A DNA stretch of 64,000 nucleotides. It comes from Selaginella moellendorffii. Taxonomy: Eukaryota > Plantae > Lycopodiophyta. The DNA is taken from positions 2,505,728-2,569,727 of the forward strand of contig NW_003314272.1 of the NCBI RefSeq assembly GCF_000143415.4, read 5' to 3'. The position numbers were made by a program, and so were the translations under genes. The notes under the pieces were generated by a model, which saw only the letters and a list, made by a program, of their open reading frames with translations, made no database searches and was not told the origin of the DNA. Of the stretch, positions 12,520 to 25,711 are shown one piece after another. Position 1 is the first letter of the stretch; every line of letters begins with the position of its first letter.

Positions 12520-15500
12520 GAAGTCAAAAGTAAACGTTCCAAAGTGCAAAGGTAGATCAATAGAATCTGTGACTACTCAAAAATGAGTAGTGGAATTGAG
12601 TTAGAGAGGGTGTCTCTAACAGGTTTAGCGAGAACTGAACCAATAAAAATGAGCAACCCACCCCAGGTGGTCAAAGGAGTCTCTAAGTTGGAGAGACTAT
12701 CCTCCTTAGAGGATGGGTAAGGCATGGTGAGCCTTTGGTGTCAAACCATTGACGAATATGGAGAAAGCATGGTGAGCCTTCAATGTCAAACCATTGACAA
12801 ATATTGGCTAGGTGCCAAGGATGGAAATGGTAACACATGCGGGTGTTACTTTATAAAATGGTTTACCGTTCGATGAGGACATCGAACTTCGTCTATGGGT
12901 GGTGGAGTTGTGAGACACAAAATCCCTAGGCCCCAAAGTGGAGACGGAAAGGGTGTCACATGGTAATGGCCGAAGCGAAAGCCCAAACGAGTGTAACACG
13001 TTTGGACTAAAAGCTTTGACTTGGAAGGTCGAGAGCGGGAGTGGAACTCCCAACAAAGTGCTCAAGGAGGGAGCACGAAGCGAGCAATAAGCAAGGCTCC
13101 AAAAAGGGACCCGAAAAGGACCAACATATGACACGTGGAAGTGTCCGAGATGGAGTCCGAGATGGACCCGAGATGGAGTCCGAGATGGAGTCCGAGGTGG
13201 ACCGAGACGGAGTCCAAGATGGACCCGAGATGAAGTCCGAGATGGACTGAGACGGAGTCCGAGTGTAAGGAACCGACTCCCTGAGATGTTGTAGGCTAAA
13301 GGATCCCCAAAAGCTTGACTGAAATGACAAAGAGTTCATCGGATGGGACCAAGTCGAAGATCGAGTCCAAGACTGACACTAGGACCGAGTTCGAGATAGA
13401 GTCTGGAATCGAGTCCGAGACCGACTCGGGGACTGAGTTCGAGTCCGAGTTTGAGACCGAGTTCTAGACGGAGTCCGAGATCCGAAATCGGGTCCGAGAC
13501 CGAGTCCGAGGTCGAGTCCGAGGTCGGGTCCGAGATCGGGTCCGAGGTCGAGTCCGAGATCGAGTCCGAGACCGAATCCGAAGTCGGATCCGAAATCGGG
13601 TCCGAGATCGAGCCAGAGACTAAGTCCAAATACTAATACGGGTCAAGGGGTGAAAGCCCAAAGCATGCGTCTCCCAGTGGGGGGGGGGGGGGGGGGGCTG
13701 TAGGGGGTTCCAAAAGTATAGTAGGGAGAGTGTGGGGGTTGGAGCCCAGTGGAGCCAGTTTGGCCAAGAAAGGCCAGTTTGGCCCAGGAAGGCCAGACCT
13801 AGTGTTGGGTGATGAGCTGACCACTGGGAAGTCCAAGACTAGAGTGAACACGGACCGACAAGCGGGGTAGCTTGGTGAAGTGTTCAAGAGCCGGCTCTAG
13901 TTCCCCCGGGAGATCGACTGGCCGATGCTCCCAGTCCAAGTGTGGGTGGCACTACCTACTTGGATACCAGGCGTGGCTCAACGGAACCTCACTCTAAGCC
14001 CATGGCTAGAGCACCCAAAGGTGGAAGGCGGGGAGAGTACCCAGGTGGCTTGTGTAAGGCCACGGTGTTCCGAAATGTTGTCCCAAAGGCCCAGACTGTG
14101 GAAAGGAAGAGGAGCAGTCCTCTGGGGTAGTGGTTGTGGGGAGAGGAAGTCCCAGAGGACCGTGGGACTTAGTGGTCGGGCCTGTGGGCCTCGATCCAGT
14201 GGCAGTGTTGGCAAACACGGCGAGGGGCAGAAAGGGACTTAGTGGGGACTAACAGAGGGATATTGGGGAAGGTTGTTCCCCTTATCGGTGGGCATCCTAA
14301 GGATGCTAAGGAGTGGATCTGAGATGACCACTCACGAATGGTTTGCCTAGTCTTGGAGAGCCAAGACTGTAATGCAAGTGGTATTGGACTACCAGTGTGG
14401 CAAAGGTGATTGAGCATGGCCTTAGCGTAACAGGCTGCTATATCGGTGGTACCTTTTAGTGTCGGTCATGGGATCGGACACGTGGAGCACTTGGACCAGG
14501 TGCAAGGGTTGAGTGGCATGGATGCCATTCTTGGGGCTAGCAAGTCCCAAGTCCTGGATTGGACTTATGGAGGTTGTGAAAGAGACTCCTCCAAGTGGTC
14601 GGAGGTGTGGTTAAGTGACTAAAGTAAAATGAAAAATTTAGTCGCTTACAACTTGGTATCGGAGTTGTTCCTTAGTCCGACTTTTATTGGTGCTCAAGTA
14701 TATCACCATTGATATTGGCATCAGAAGGTCCTAGGAGTGGGCCTATCCTTGAGGAGTAGCATGTCGAGAGGACATGACTCTCCACTCGAGTTCATGCATG
14801 AACTTGGGCACGATGTGGTGGATAAAAAAGGGCCAATAATTGAACGACTTTGGGATCTTGGGAACAGTATGTGGTTTTCCTCAGAGAGTTGAGGATGTGA
14901 TCCAGATGAGCGTTTGACTTAGCAAACTGGCTAATGTAGTTGTGGTAAACAACTATAGTTAGAATCACGGGAAAGATAAAGACTCCAAAACAATAAAGGA
15001 GTCACAAGATTATCCTCACATAGTTGAGGTTGGTGCTCATGAATGTGAGACCAGAAGTAATAACCGTGGGAGGTCAAATACGGAAGAGGACCCAAGTCCT
15101 TGAAATGGTAGCCGGAGCTACCTTTAATAAATGCTGGAAAAACCCAAGGAATTGGGGGGTGTACTTAGAGATGAGTTGGTATTCTCATCACATGGACAAG
15201 TAGTCCTAAGGGGCAAAGGTTGCCCCAGAGAACAAAATCAAGTGTCAGAGTAACACTTGTGAAAATAGTCCTTATGAGTGAGGACATGAATGCAAGAAGT
15301 GTATTCCAGTGAGCTAAGTAGGACCTTACAGGTCTGTGGATTAACCAAGTCCAAAACTGCTGGATGACTCAAGTAGAGTCAAAGAATGGCCCTAAAGGAC
15401 TAATGGAAGCATTTGGACTGAAGTGTGTGGTACCCCACAAAGGATGGGGGGGATCATAGGATCCAAGGATGAGAATAGAGGGTATCTCATCGATGGCAAA

Positions 15501-18500
15501 ATGTGCCATACTAAAGTTGTGGGAAAGATATTCTCAGAAGAAAGCAACTTTGGCCTAGATTTGGGTGCAAACTCTATGGTGTGGTGCTAATGGATAGTTA
15601 GCATGAGGAACAACTATATTGGTCTTGGCAAAGACTTAGACACAAAGAAGAAGTGTCATAGAGGTAGGCTCGTGGAGCCGATGGTGTGGAGACACCAAAT
15701 GTGCCAAGGTGTTATACCTTAAGGCTATGTTGGTGGGTTCATGAGAACCCCTTGCCAAAGGAATCCCAATGGAAATGGGAATGGCATAGCCTAAGTTGCA
15801 GAGCATGCGGTTGGAGTGTGGTGACCCAGATAATGATGGAGGTGTGGAAGCACCAGCAATGAGTTGTAGGACTTGACAACTATGAGGCAACTAAGCAAGA
15901 GGTGCAAAATAATTCGTTAAACAGGTAGAAGGTAGCTACCCAAGCCTTCTTAATGGCATAAGGAAGTTGGATATACCCTTACGGGGGATAAGTTGCTTAT
16001 GTTGCTATATAGTAAGTCAATGTCATGAAAGGAAATACTCATTGTCAAGGAAGCCGTCATTGGGACACCCAAACACTCTAGAACACCAGGAGGTGGTGTT
16101 TGATGTCGCGAGGGCAATAGATAATGCCCAAGGGACTAAGTCCCTAGCGAATGATGGATAGAAGGTGCTATCCAAATGTCCAAGGTGGCGGAGACAGGAG
16201 AAGACTGTCTACTCGAATTGGACAAAGCCAAAAATGGAATTTTGGCAAGGCTAGTGATGGGCATGTAAAGGCCCATAAGCAACAACGTAATCTCAGTGTG
16301 TGGGATTATAGGGTGAGCATACCTGGATTGAGGAACCACTCCCTAGGCTATCGGGTAGGTTCATCCCTAAGAATACTTGCTAAGGCATGATAGAAAGTGC
16401 AAAGCTATCCTCCTGGTCTGGAGGAGAATGACCAAAGGAAAGGTGTGAAGCCAAAAGCAAGAAGTAAGGGGATAGAACCGAACCATAGGAATCGAAGGGC
16501 ATGACTAAGGTTGGTTATGCCAGCTGGGAGTGGAGAATCAAGTGGGGGCTCGAAGGTGTTGTTGCTAGCAATCGTGATACCATGGAGAGTCTAAAATATA
16601 GAATTGTCCATGTTAGACTATATGGTAATTGGAAAGTTTGCAAAAAGGGAGGCCTTAGCAGGCTAAGGGATAGAGTTCCTTCAAGGTTCCCAAAGACGAT
16701 TCTAAGTAGCTTAGTACCTAGAAGGCCAAGCGTAAATGGTTCAAGGAACGCACAAAATCAGAGTGGCGCAGTAGAAGCGTGGTCTTGAAGCTTGCCATGA
16801 GGCAAGGCTATCAAGGTTAGGGAAGTAGTTCCCGAGTGTTCAAAGAGAGGGCTTTGAACGAAAGTCGATGATTAAGGACTTTCACGCTTATGCAGGAACC
16901 ATGTTACAGTGGTCGGAGGACTTGCCAAACGAGATTGGCAAGTCAGGGGAACGAATACCCTAGTTGAAGGTGATTACTTCAAAAAGGGTGGGCCATGGGG
17001 CCAAGCATGGAGCATGATCACAGACTTGTCAAGTGAGAGGACTTGGCAGTGTGGAGGAACTAGGTTCCTAAGCTGTGATCTGTAGCACGCTTTAAGTATA
17101 AGTTGGTGCACCGGCGTGGGGAATCACGCCAGGCATCTAGGGTGATGCCGTCCGTAGATGCATATACGGAGGTTGGGTTCGAGTCCCGACCCTCTAGTGC
17201 TTGGGTTCGAGTCCCAACTCACCAGGGCGTGGTGATGGTTTGGAATATGAGGACACTCATTTTTTGGTGGTCATGGACTCTTAGTGTGGAGACTGGCTTG
17301 GGCACACCGCCAAACGAAGGATGCCTCAGAGTCGTGATGCACGGTTAGATTGCTTAGTGTGGCTCAGCATATCTAACTTGACCACTTTGGTGCAAGTGAC
17401 ACCAAGGACGTGGTGAATGAGATAGGGACACCCAGTCTCAGTTGCTATGGACCCTTGGCCGGAAGGGCTGGCTTGGGTGCACCGCCAAGTGTGGGGGATG
17501 CCCCCGGGGTCATAGTCAACAACTTAGTAAGGTCTGGAAGACTTAATTCCTATTGGTAGACCTATTAAGGGGTCAAGATGAGATCACTAGGTGATCTAAT
17601 GGCTAAACAAGGGCAAGGTCTTTGTTTGGGTTAAGGAATATGATTCCTAGTTCAAAGTGTTGATTTGAACTATTGATAAAGGTGTGGCTGGTCAAGGTGA
17701 CTAAGTGGGAAGGACACCTAAGGGAAATGAACTACTACAATACAATGGTATTATGAGTTCAAGAAAATAGTCTCCAGAGACAGGCCCATGGGTGGGTCAC
17801 AAGGTTGGGCTAGGAAGAGAGCCTAGAATAGTTGGGGAGACTTACTAGGGGTGAACACCCTAGTCTGGGCAAAGCAAATCCTTTGCTATGGAACCAAAAG
17901 AATACCTCTAGGAGGGAGGTAATGATCCTATGTTGCTTGGTGCAACAATCCAAGGATAGGAGCAAAAGACGAGTGCCCAAGATAGGGCCGTGGAATCCAT
18001 TGGAAAGAGTCCAAGTGGCAAAGTTAGCCAAGGAACACTAATGTGTTTGATGCTAACAGATTACGGAAAAAGAAGTGGACTTCCAAAGATAGATTCCCAA
18101 GTGCTCCAATTTGGCAAACGAAAGGCTCCAAGGGAGGGAGCAACTAAGGAGCCAAAAGATAGGGCCGTGGACAGCCTTAGCACAAATAATGATAAATGAA
18201 ACGTAATGCCAATGGTGGCACAAAAATAGAAAAGAGGATGAGGGTGCCCTCGAGTAGAGAACTTCCTAGGAGGGGAAGTGGAGTTGCATAAAATGTGCAA
18301 GGCAAGGTGTCAGAGACACCTAGGAAATTGACTTCAAGAAGTCAAAAGTAAACGTTCCAAAGTGCAAAGGTAGATCAATAGAATCTGTGACTACTCAAGA
18401 ATGAGTAGTGGAATTGAGTTAGAAAGGGTGTCTCTAACGGGTTTAACGAGAACTGAACCAATAAAAAGGAGCAACCCACCCCAGGTGGTCAAGGGAGTCT

Positions 18501-20451
18501 CTAAGTTGGAAAGACTATCCTCCTTAGAGGATGGGCAAGGCATGGTGAGCCTTTGGTGTCAAACCATTGACGAATATGGAGAAGGCATGGTGAGCCTTTA
18601 ATGTCAAACCATTGACAAATATTGGCTAGGTGCCAAGGATGGAAATGGTAACACATGCGGGTGTTACTTTATAAAATGGTTTACCGTTCGATGAGGACAT
18701 CGAACTTCGTCTATGGGTGGTGGAGTTGTGAGACACAAAATCCCTAGGCCCCAAAGTGGAGACGAAAAGGGTGTCACGTGGTAATGGCCAAAGCGAAAGC
18801 CCAAACGAGTGTAACACGTTTGGATTAAAAGCTTTGACTTGGAAGGTCGAGAGTGGGAGTGGAACTCCCAACAAAGTGCTCAAGGAGGGAGCACGAAGCG
18901 AGCAATAAGCAAGGCTCCAAAAAGGGACCCGAAAAGGACCAACACATGACACGTGGAAGTGTCCGAGATGGAGTCCGAGATGGACCCAAGATGGAGTCCG
19001 AGATGGAGTCCGAGGTGGACCGAGACGGAGTCCGAGATGGACCCGAGATGGAGTCCGAGATGGACCGAGACGGAGTCCGAGTGTAAGGAACCGACTCCCC
19101 GAGATGTCATAGGCTAAAGGATCCCCAAAAGCTTGACCGAAATGACAAAGAGTTCATTGGATGGGACCAAGTCGAAGATCGAGTCCAAGACCGACACTAG
19201 GACCGAGTTCGAGATAAAGTCCGTAATCGAGTCCGAGACCGACTCGAGGACCGAGTTCGAGACCGAGTTCGAGACGGAGTCCGAGATCCGAAATCGGGTC
19301 CGAGACCGAGTCCGAGGTCGAGTCCGAGGTCGGGTCCGAGATCGGGTCCGAGGTCGAGTCCGAGATCGAGTCCGAGACCGAATCCGAAGTCGGATCCGAA
19401 ATCGGGTCCGAGATCGAGCCAGAGACTAAGTCCAAATACTAATACGGGTCAAGGGGTGAAAGCCCAAAGCATGCGTCTCCCAGTGGGGGGGGGGAGGGGG
19501 GGGCTGCAGAGGGTTCCAAAATTTTATAAGGGAGAGTGGGGGGGTTGGACCCCAGGGGAGCCAGTTTGGCCCAGGAAAGGCCAGTTTGGCCCAGGAAGGC
19601 CAGACCCAGTGTTGGGTGATGAGCTGACCACTGGGAAGTCCAAGACTAGAGTGAACACGGACCGACAAGCGGGGTAGCTTGGTGAAGTGTTCAAGAGCCG
19701 GCTCTAGTTCCCCCGGGAGATCGACTGGCCGATGCTCCCAGTCCAAGTGTGGGTGGCACTACCTACTTGGATACCAGGCGTGGCTCAACGGAACCTCACT
19801 CTAAGCCCATGGCTAGAGCACCCAAAGGTGGAAGGCGGGGAGAGTACCCAGGTGGCTTGTGTAAGGCCACGGTGTTCCGAAATGTTGTCCCAAAGGCCCA
19901 GACTGTGGAAAGGAAGAGGAGTAGTCCTCTGGGGTAATGACCAAGGACACAGTTGTGGGGAGAGGAAGTCCCAGAGGACCGTGGGACTTAGTGGTCGGGC
20001 CTGTGGGCCTCGATCCAATGGCAGTGTTGGCAAACACGGCGAGGGGCAGAAAGGGACTTAGTGGGGACTGATAGAGGGATATTGGGGAAGGTTGTTCCCC
20101 TTATCGGTGGGCATCCTAAGGATGCTAAGGAGTGGATCTGAGATGACCACTCACGAATGGTTTGCCTAGTCTTGGAGAGCCAAGACTGTAATGCAAGTGG
20201 TATTGGACTACCAGTGTGGCAAAGGTGATTGAGCATGGCCTATATCGGTGGTACCTTTGAGTGTCGGTCATGGATCGGACACGTGGAGCACTTGGACCAG
20301 GTGCAAGGGTTGAGTGGCATGGATGCCATTCTTGGGGCTAGCAAGTCCCAAGTCCTGGATTGGACTTATGGAGGTTGTGAAAGAGACTCCTCCAAGTGGT
20401 CGGAGGTGTGGTTAAGTGACTAAAGTAAAATGAAAAATTTAGTCGCTTACA
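12520..20451 (+). mobile_element. Nested non-autonomous Ty3/Gypsy element (tandem remnant: 3'UTR-PPT-LTR-PBS-internal-PPT-LTR)
   Basis: Near-identical LTRs 12909-14650 and 18727-20451 (TGTGAGAC...GCTTACA). PBS TGGTATCGGAG at about 14654. Gypsy-type GAGGAC...GGTGGAGT PPT before both LTRs. Pol relics such as NKGKVFVWVKEYDS*FKVL (about 17606) and PKIGPWNPLERV (about 17975); no long ORF. Confidence 0.85.
13141..13620 (+). repeat. LTR-internal tandem arrays of GATGGAGTCCGA-type 12-mers and TCCGAG-type hexamers
   Basis: Directly visible; repeated at about 18960-19430 and expanded and diverged at about 26540-27020. Confidence 0.85.
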
Positions 20452-21033
20452 CTTTCATCCTTGATGACTCTCTTTTTGGTTTCATCTTTAACTAAACCTT
20501 AAGCTTGCTTTCGCACTACCTTCAGTTCAATCCAAGAAAAATTTATGAGAGAGCATAGCAATGATTACTTGAACCAATAGACCAATCTCTACAATCTTGA
20601 TTGATTCACCCATAATCATGCCTAAAAAGGATCCACTAGTGCTGTGCTAAATAGCTACGGACCAGCCTATTTGCCACTCATAGCAAACCCAAGGAAAGTT
20701 TACTTTCACCCATGGTTCATGGAACCACCGATAAGCTAACATTAACCTTGCCAACTCAAAGTGTAACCTCGAGTTGCTAATGTGCCTCACTCACAAGCCT
20801 AACTGCAAACTCATGCAAATGGAACAACTCAATCCATCCTATGAGCCCAAGAGCAAGCTCACATTACTACAGTACAAAAATGTAACCAAAATCCATACCC
20901 AAGGAACGATTGCAAAACCTTTGCACCAAAATGTATATCCACTCGGATCATCATTTTCATCTCTACGTACAATGAGACTAGTTGCCCAATCTCATTGAAT
21001 AGTACTCGCTGAGACTCATTCTTTGATACCAAA

Positions 21034-22164
21034 TGTAGCGCACGTGGTTTTGACTCTTTATCCTATGGTGATTTACTATAGGATAACCACGAAGTGGAAC
21101 TTAAACCCTCTTTGTGCCTCATGACATATGCCACGTGTCCATAGGACAATGGTGTGGAACCTGAGGTTCAAGGCCTTGGGCCACTAAACGAAGGAATGGT
21201 GCCAAACCCCCAAGCATGGAGCCAAGGAGTGTTAGAACTGGACCATGGAGCAACTCTCGAGCATATAGCCCAAGGAGCGAAGGGACAAGAGCCCGGAGTG
21301 ACTTGGAACAGTCCTAGAGCAACCAGCATCCCAATGCCAAGACCAGTACGCAAAACAGAGCCAAACGGAGTTTGGCACTATTTTAGCATACCGGTGGCCT
21401 AACGCGAGGACATTGGGTACTCCACCAGCTAGCATGGTGTGGAGCTTCGGCTTAGACCCAAGCTAAACACAGAACAAGGACAGGCACGCAAGTAGGAGCT
21501 AGACTATGCTTCAGGTTGGTTGGCCATGCCTAACCTACCCACTATCCCTACTATACATTTGGAACTCCCCTCCCCCCCCCCCTTAAAGAACACACACTTT
21601 TGGCTTTCACCCCAAGCCTCCCTTAGTATCAGGAGTTAGTCTTTGTGACAAGCTCGAAACTTACTAAATATGGAATGGCGCTAGATTGCGAATTTGGATA
21701 TGGGACGAACACCATTATGTTCAGGACAATCTTTACATTCCGTAGATATGCCAAATGAGCAAATCTAGACACTTTCTATAAATAACATTTGGGACCGAAA
21801 TAAAACTAACACAAAGGGTATGATAGCGAGGGTGTTTGGCAAACACGGTAAGCTATCATCTAGCGATATTGAGGGACCAAGCTCAATATCGCAGGGGTTC
21901 CCAACACTAGCAAGTGCAAGTCAACAACATGAGTTTCTCGTCACCATGCCAAGTATGCTTGTCTAAATAACAATGTAGGATATCCTTCCTTAGTGCCCTT
22001 CCGGTCTAAGTGCACGTGTGATGACTAGTTTCTCAACTAGCTTAAGCAAAGATTGATAACGGGTCCAGCAATACCGACCTCCTACTGTCGTGGCAGTAAG
22101 GAAAGAGTGTCCGTAAGGACTGGCCGACAGGTAACTTTCAATACCCGAAGTCACATTCGCAACA
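21034..22164 (-). repeat. 5' LTR of the Copia element
   Basis: TGTAGCG...GCAACA termini, adjacent PBS, collinear with 6412-8105. Confidence 0.85.
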
Positions 22165-25100
22165 TATGCACACATATAGTGCCTATGGAAAACTCTAATA
22201 TTTTCAATTTTCAATGGTAGGCCTACTTTGCTAACACACTTTCAACTGCTATAGTCTTCTAAGTGATTATTAACTTGAACTTTAAGACTAGAAGTATTGT
22301 ATTATGCTTCAAAAAATGAAATTGAGAATTTTAACTGTATCATAGTAGCTAGTACCCTAAAAAACTCTATCAAAGTTTCAAAGCTTCTACAGGCGACAAA
22401 ATCCAAAATAAAATGAACAATAACTTATTCTATTAGTAATAGGGATAAATTTGTAACTTCGAAATAATATAGATTTACATTTCACTATTTCCTTATAACA
22501 ACATTGTGATACAACAACAGAATGATTTGATGATGGTATCAATAAATGTGAGAATGTGAAAGATAGAGTAGCAATGAATCATAATAATAATTATTATAAT
22601 CAGAAACACCATTATAGGGTTCACTTTCTAGGATACAGATGTGTGTATGACAATGACAGTAACAATTGTGCAAGCCAATGTTGGCACGGAGGTGATCAAG
22701 GTGCAAATTCCTCCAACAAGGCTGCCAATAGTGTCGGAGAGGTATGGGCTTCACAGTGCCCTTGAAGTGGATGGGGTTTTTGTCATTGATGATGATGTTG
22801 AAGATTGCCTCATCTACATTCTTCAACCGAGTGTAGCTCAAGCAGAAGGTATGAGCACATGGCATACCTTAGACACAATGAGTGTTGGTCTACTTTCCCA
22901 TACTTTTCATCACTAAATGAATGGTTAATTTCATATTTACCCTCTTTCTTTTGGTCTACTTGTGTGGGTTTTGCAGTTGGGCTAGTGTGCTATGTTCCTT
23001 TGACATGTTGTGGGTGTCTGGCATAATCATGCCTAGATTTGGCTCCCTATTTGAGGTGCTCGCTATGGCTGTTGTATTCCATTGGTATTGAATTGGTTGT
23101 CTTCCCCATCCTTGGTAGCTTTATTCCTTGGATTTTTATTTCAATTTTTTTTATGGCTATGGTGGTGTGTGAGGTGACCTTGTGCCCATTGCTGCTGGTG
23201 GACCTAAACAAGAGGCTCTAGGCCTGGTGATAGGCAAAGAAATTATCTATTGCCCGCACAGTAAACCTCATTGCAAGTGCTGCAAATGCAAAAAGGGGCA
23301 TGTTGACACTTAGATGGTTTCCATAGTTGCAAGGTCCACTTGGAGAGGAATGAAATAGGAGGCATAGTAAGAATATAGTTTTCTTTATCACTTACTGTTA
23401 GTTCCTAAGGAGATCCAACTTGAAGGATTGGAAAGAAAAGGAATGGAATGAGTTGTGGGTTGGCTACCTTTACAGGCCCTTGAAATGCCTAATGAGGGGA
23501 TCTATTATAGCACCAAAGAGAGATGTGGCTCATTTGTATATTACATTATAGACTCTGTATAACATTCATTAGGCCCCACCCAATGTACCATCATATAAAT
23601 GATTTATCTATTTTTATTTTTCTTTTCAATGAACCTCCTCATGTGCAACAAGATATCACAAAATGGTCACAAAATTACTATTAAGCAAACCAAGCATTGC
23701 TATATCCAATGTGTAGCAATTTTTTTATAAATATATAACTAGTTTTTTTATGGATAAAATTCTCATAAAATTAGCTAAATTATTTTTTAACTTTGATTTA
23801 ATAAATTTATAATTTTAGGAGAAAACATTTTTAATGGAAATTTCTACAGCTTTATGCAAAGATTCACTCAAATGATTTCATAATATTTTCTAATATAAGG
23901 TCCAAATATATAGCTTAAACAATTATGTATAATTATTAGTAGAGTGGGATTTTAGTAGCCATTAAATTGGTGTCCTCTTAGATATAATTTTTGGTTTTGA
24001 AGCTAATTGAATTTTATATTCCATATACTCATACTAGTTTATATCATTTTAAAGTTTTAGCTTTAACTATTATTTGAGACAATAGATATTATATTAAAAA
24101 AAATTAATTTTCTTTACATTTAAAAGATTTTATTATATAGCTTTGTAAGTGCATAAAATATAGAACTAGAATACAGAAATATACATATCGATTAACCCAA
24201 AAACCCTAACTTATATACAAGAGCGAGTAGTCTGGATTAAAACTAATTCGATGGCTATCAAAATTCCACAACATTAATATTAGTATATAACATCATAGCC
24301 ATACACTCATTATCCCCTCCTCTCGAAATAATGAAGATAATCATGATTCTCTAGGGGATGGACTAGGATCCAAAGAAACATCAAGAGGAGGCACTAGTGG
24401 ATTTATAAATAGTGCCAATTTTTTTTAATCCCTTTATATAAAGTGTTTCAGCCATTGTATATGCATAATTTCTGGAGGATTAATCTATTTGACGTTGTGC
24501 CAAACCACATAAACTTGTTATGCAACTTACTACAACATCTAATATGGTACATTCCATTGAGCAAGAAACCCTTTAGACAAATTATATACCATAATATTGG
24601 GAAAATAGACTAACACTAAGTCATCTATTTTGTACTCCATAGGAGTTATAATACCTTTGTTATCCCATTTATATGCAACCTATGTGTTCAATAAATTTTG
24701 TTGGGATAAGTGGAAGAATGTTTGTTAAATATTAATCCCCCGAACTAGCATTGGCAGCTTGTGGCAATCGTAAAGGTAAACTTAATTCTATTGGTAATAT
24801 TAAATTATGACAATATAGGAGTTTATATAAAGAAATCTGAATGCTGAAAATAGATGATAAGCACTCATGAAAGTGTGGCATATCCCCAAGTGAGACGTTG
24901 AAATGCCTCAATTATAAATCCATAACCATTTGTTTTAGACAGGATTGCTAGAACACTCAATCGAGAAGGACATATATAATAGTAGTTACAAATGCATTAG
25001 CAAAGCCTCCAACTTTCACCCATTGAGTCAAGTAGTCATAAGTAATAATGATATGCTTATTATTAACAATTAACCATGGAAAAAGCCCCATCATATCAAA

Positions 25101-25711
25101 TGCTTCTAACTCAAATAGACAAGAAATTACAATTGACTTCAACTATCATTTTGTAGCACGAAAAGGAGTATTATGAGCTTCGCACCAAATGCAACTATTC
25201 ATATACTAAATAATATTACATCACATTTCTAGCCAATAGAAAGATTTACGCAACTTCTTAATCACACAATGATGTCCCATATACCCGCCTAAAATAGCAA
25301 AATCATGATAGGTGTGGAGAAAACATGGAATAATGATGAAAGGCACCACTAGTCATAAACGATCATCACAATACGTCCCTACAAAATAAAAAAATTCTTC
25401 CTCAAAGTGATATTAAAATTATAAATGCTAAAATGACAAGTCATTAGTAAGTGATGTAGGATTCTCAAACCTATTACGAAGTCTTCAAATCCATGGCTTA
25501 GCTTTTTTAGCCACACAAACCTCATCAAAAGAAAATAAATTTTGTTCTACACCTTGTGGACACTGAACATCAAGTACAACAAACATTAGCATAGAATCCT
25601 CAACCAAAAAATCCATAGATGTTAGAACAATAAGCTCGTCAAAAATATAAAAAGAGAGTGAAGAAGGAAGAGAAGCTCGAAAAAGAACATCAACATCAAC
25701 CATAAAACTAT

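Larger units (their letters stand above)
6412..22164 (-). mobile_element. Full-length degenerate Ty1/Copia LTR retrotransposon with nested insertions
   Basis: LTRs 6412-8105 and 21034-22164. 5-bp TSD TATGC at 6407-6411 and 22165-22169. tRNA-iMet PBS (rev-comp TGGTATCAAAG) at about 21021-21031; PPT at 8106-8120. Minus-strand relics in Copia order: integrase (PNGVAE about 10560, SFGC about 10480), then RT (YGCVEEDI about 9730). Confidence 0.88.

Noticed and set aside
13141-13620. CRISPR-like array
   Set aside because: Contiguous short tandem units with no unique spacers, no cas genes, eukaryotic context.
13041-13636. ESE/SDS/RDRV-rich ORFs (also 19133-19435 and 26520-27132)
   Set aside because: Translations of LTR tandem repeats, not proteins.
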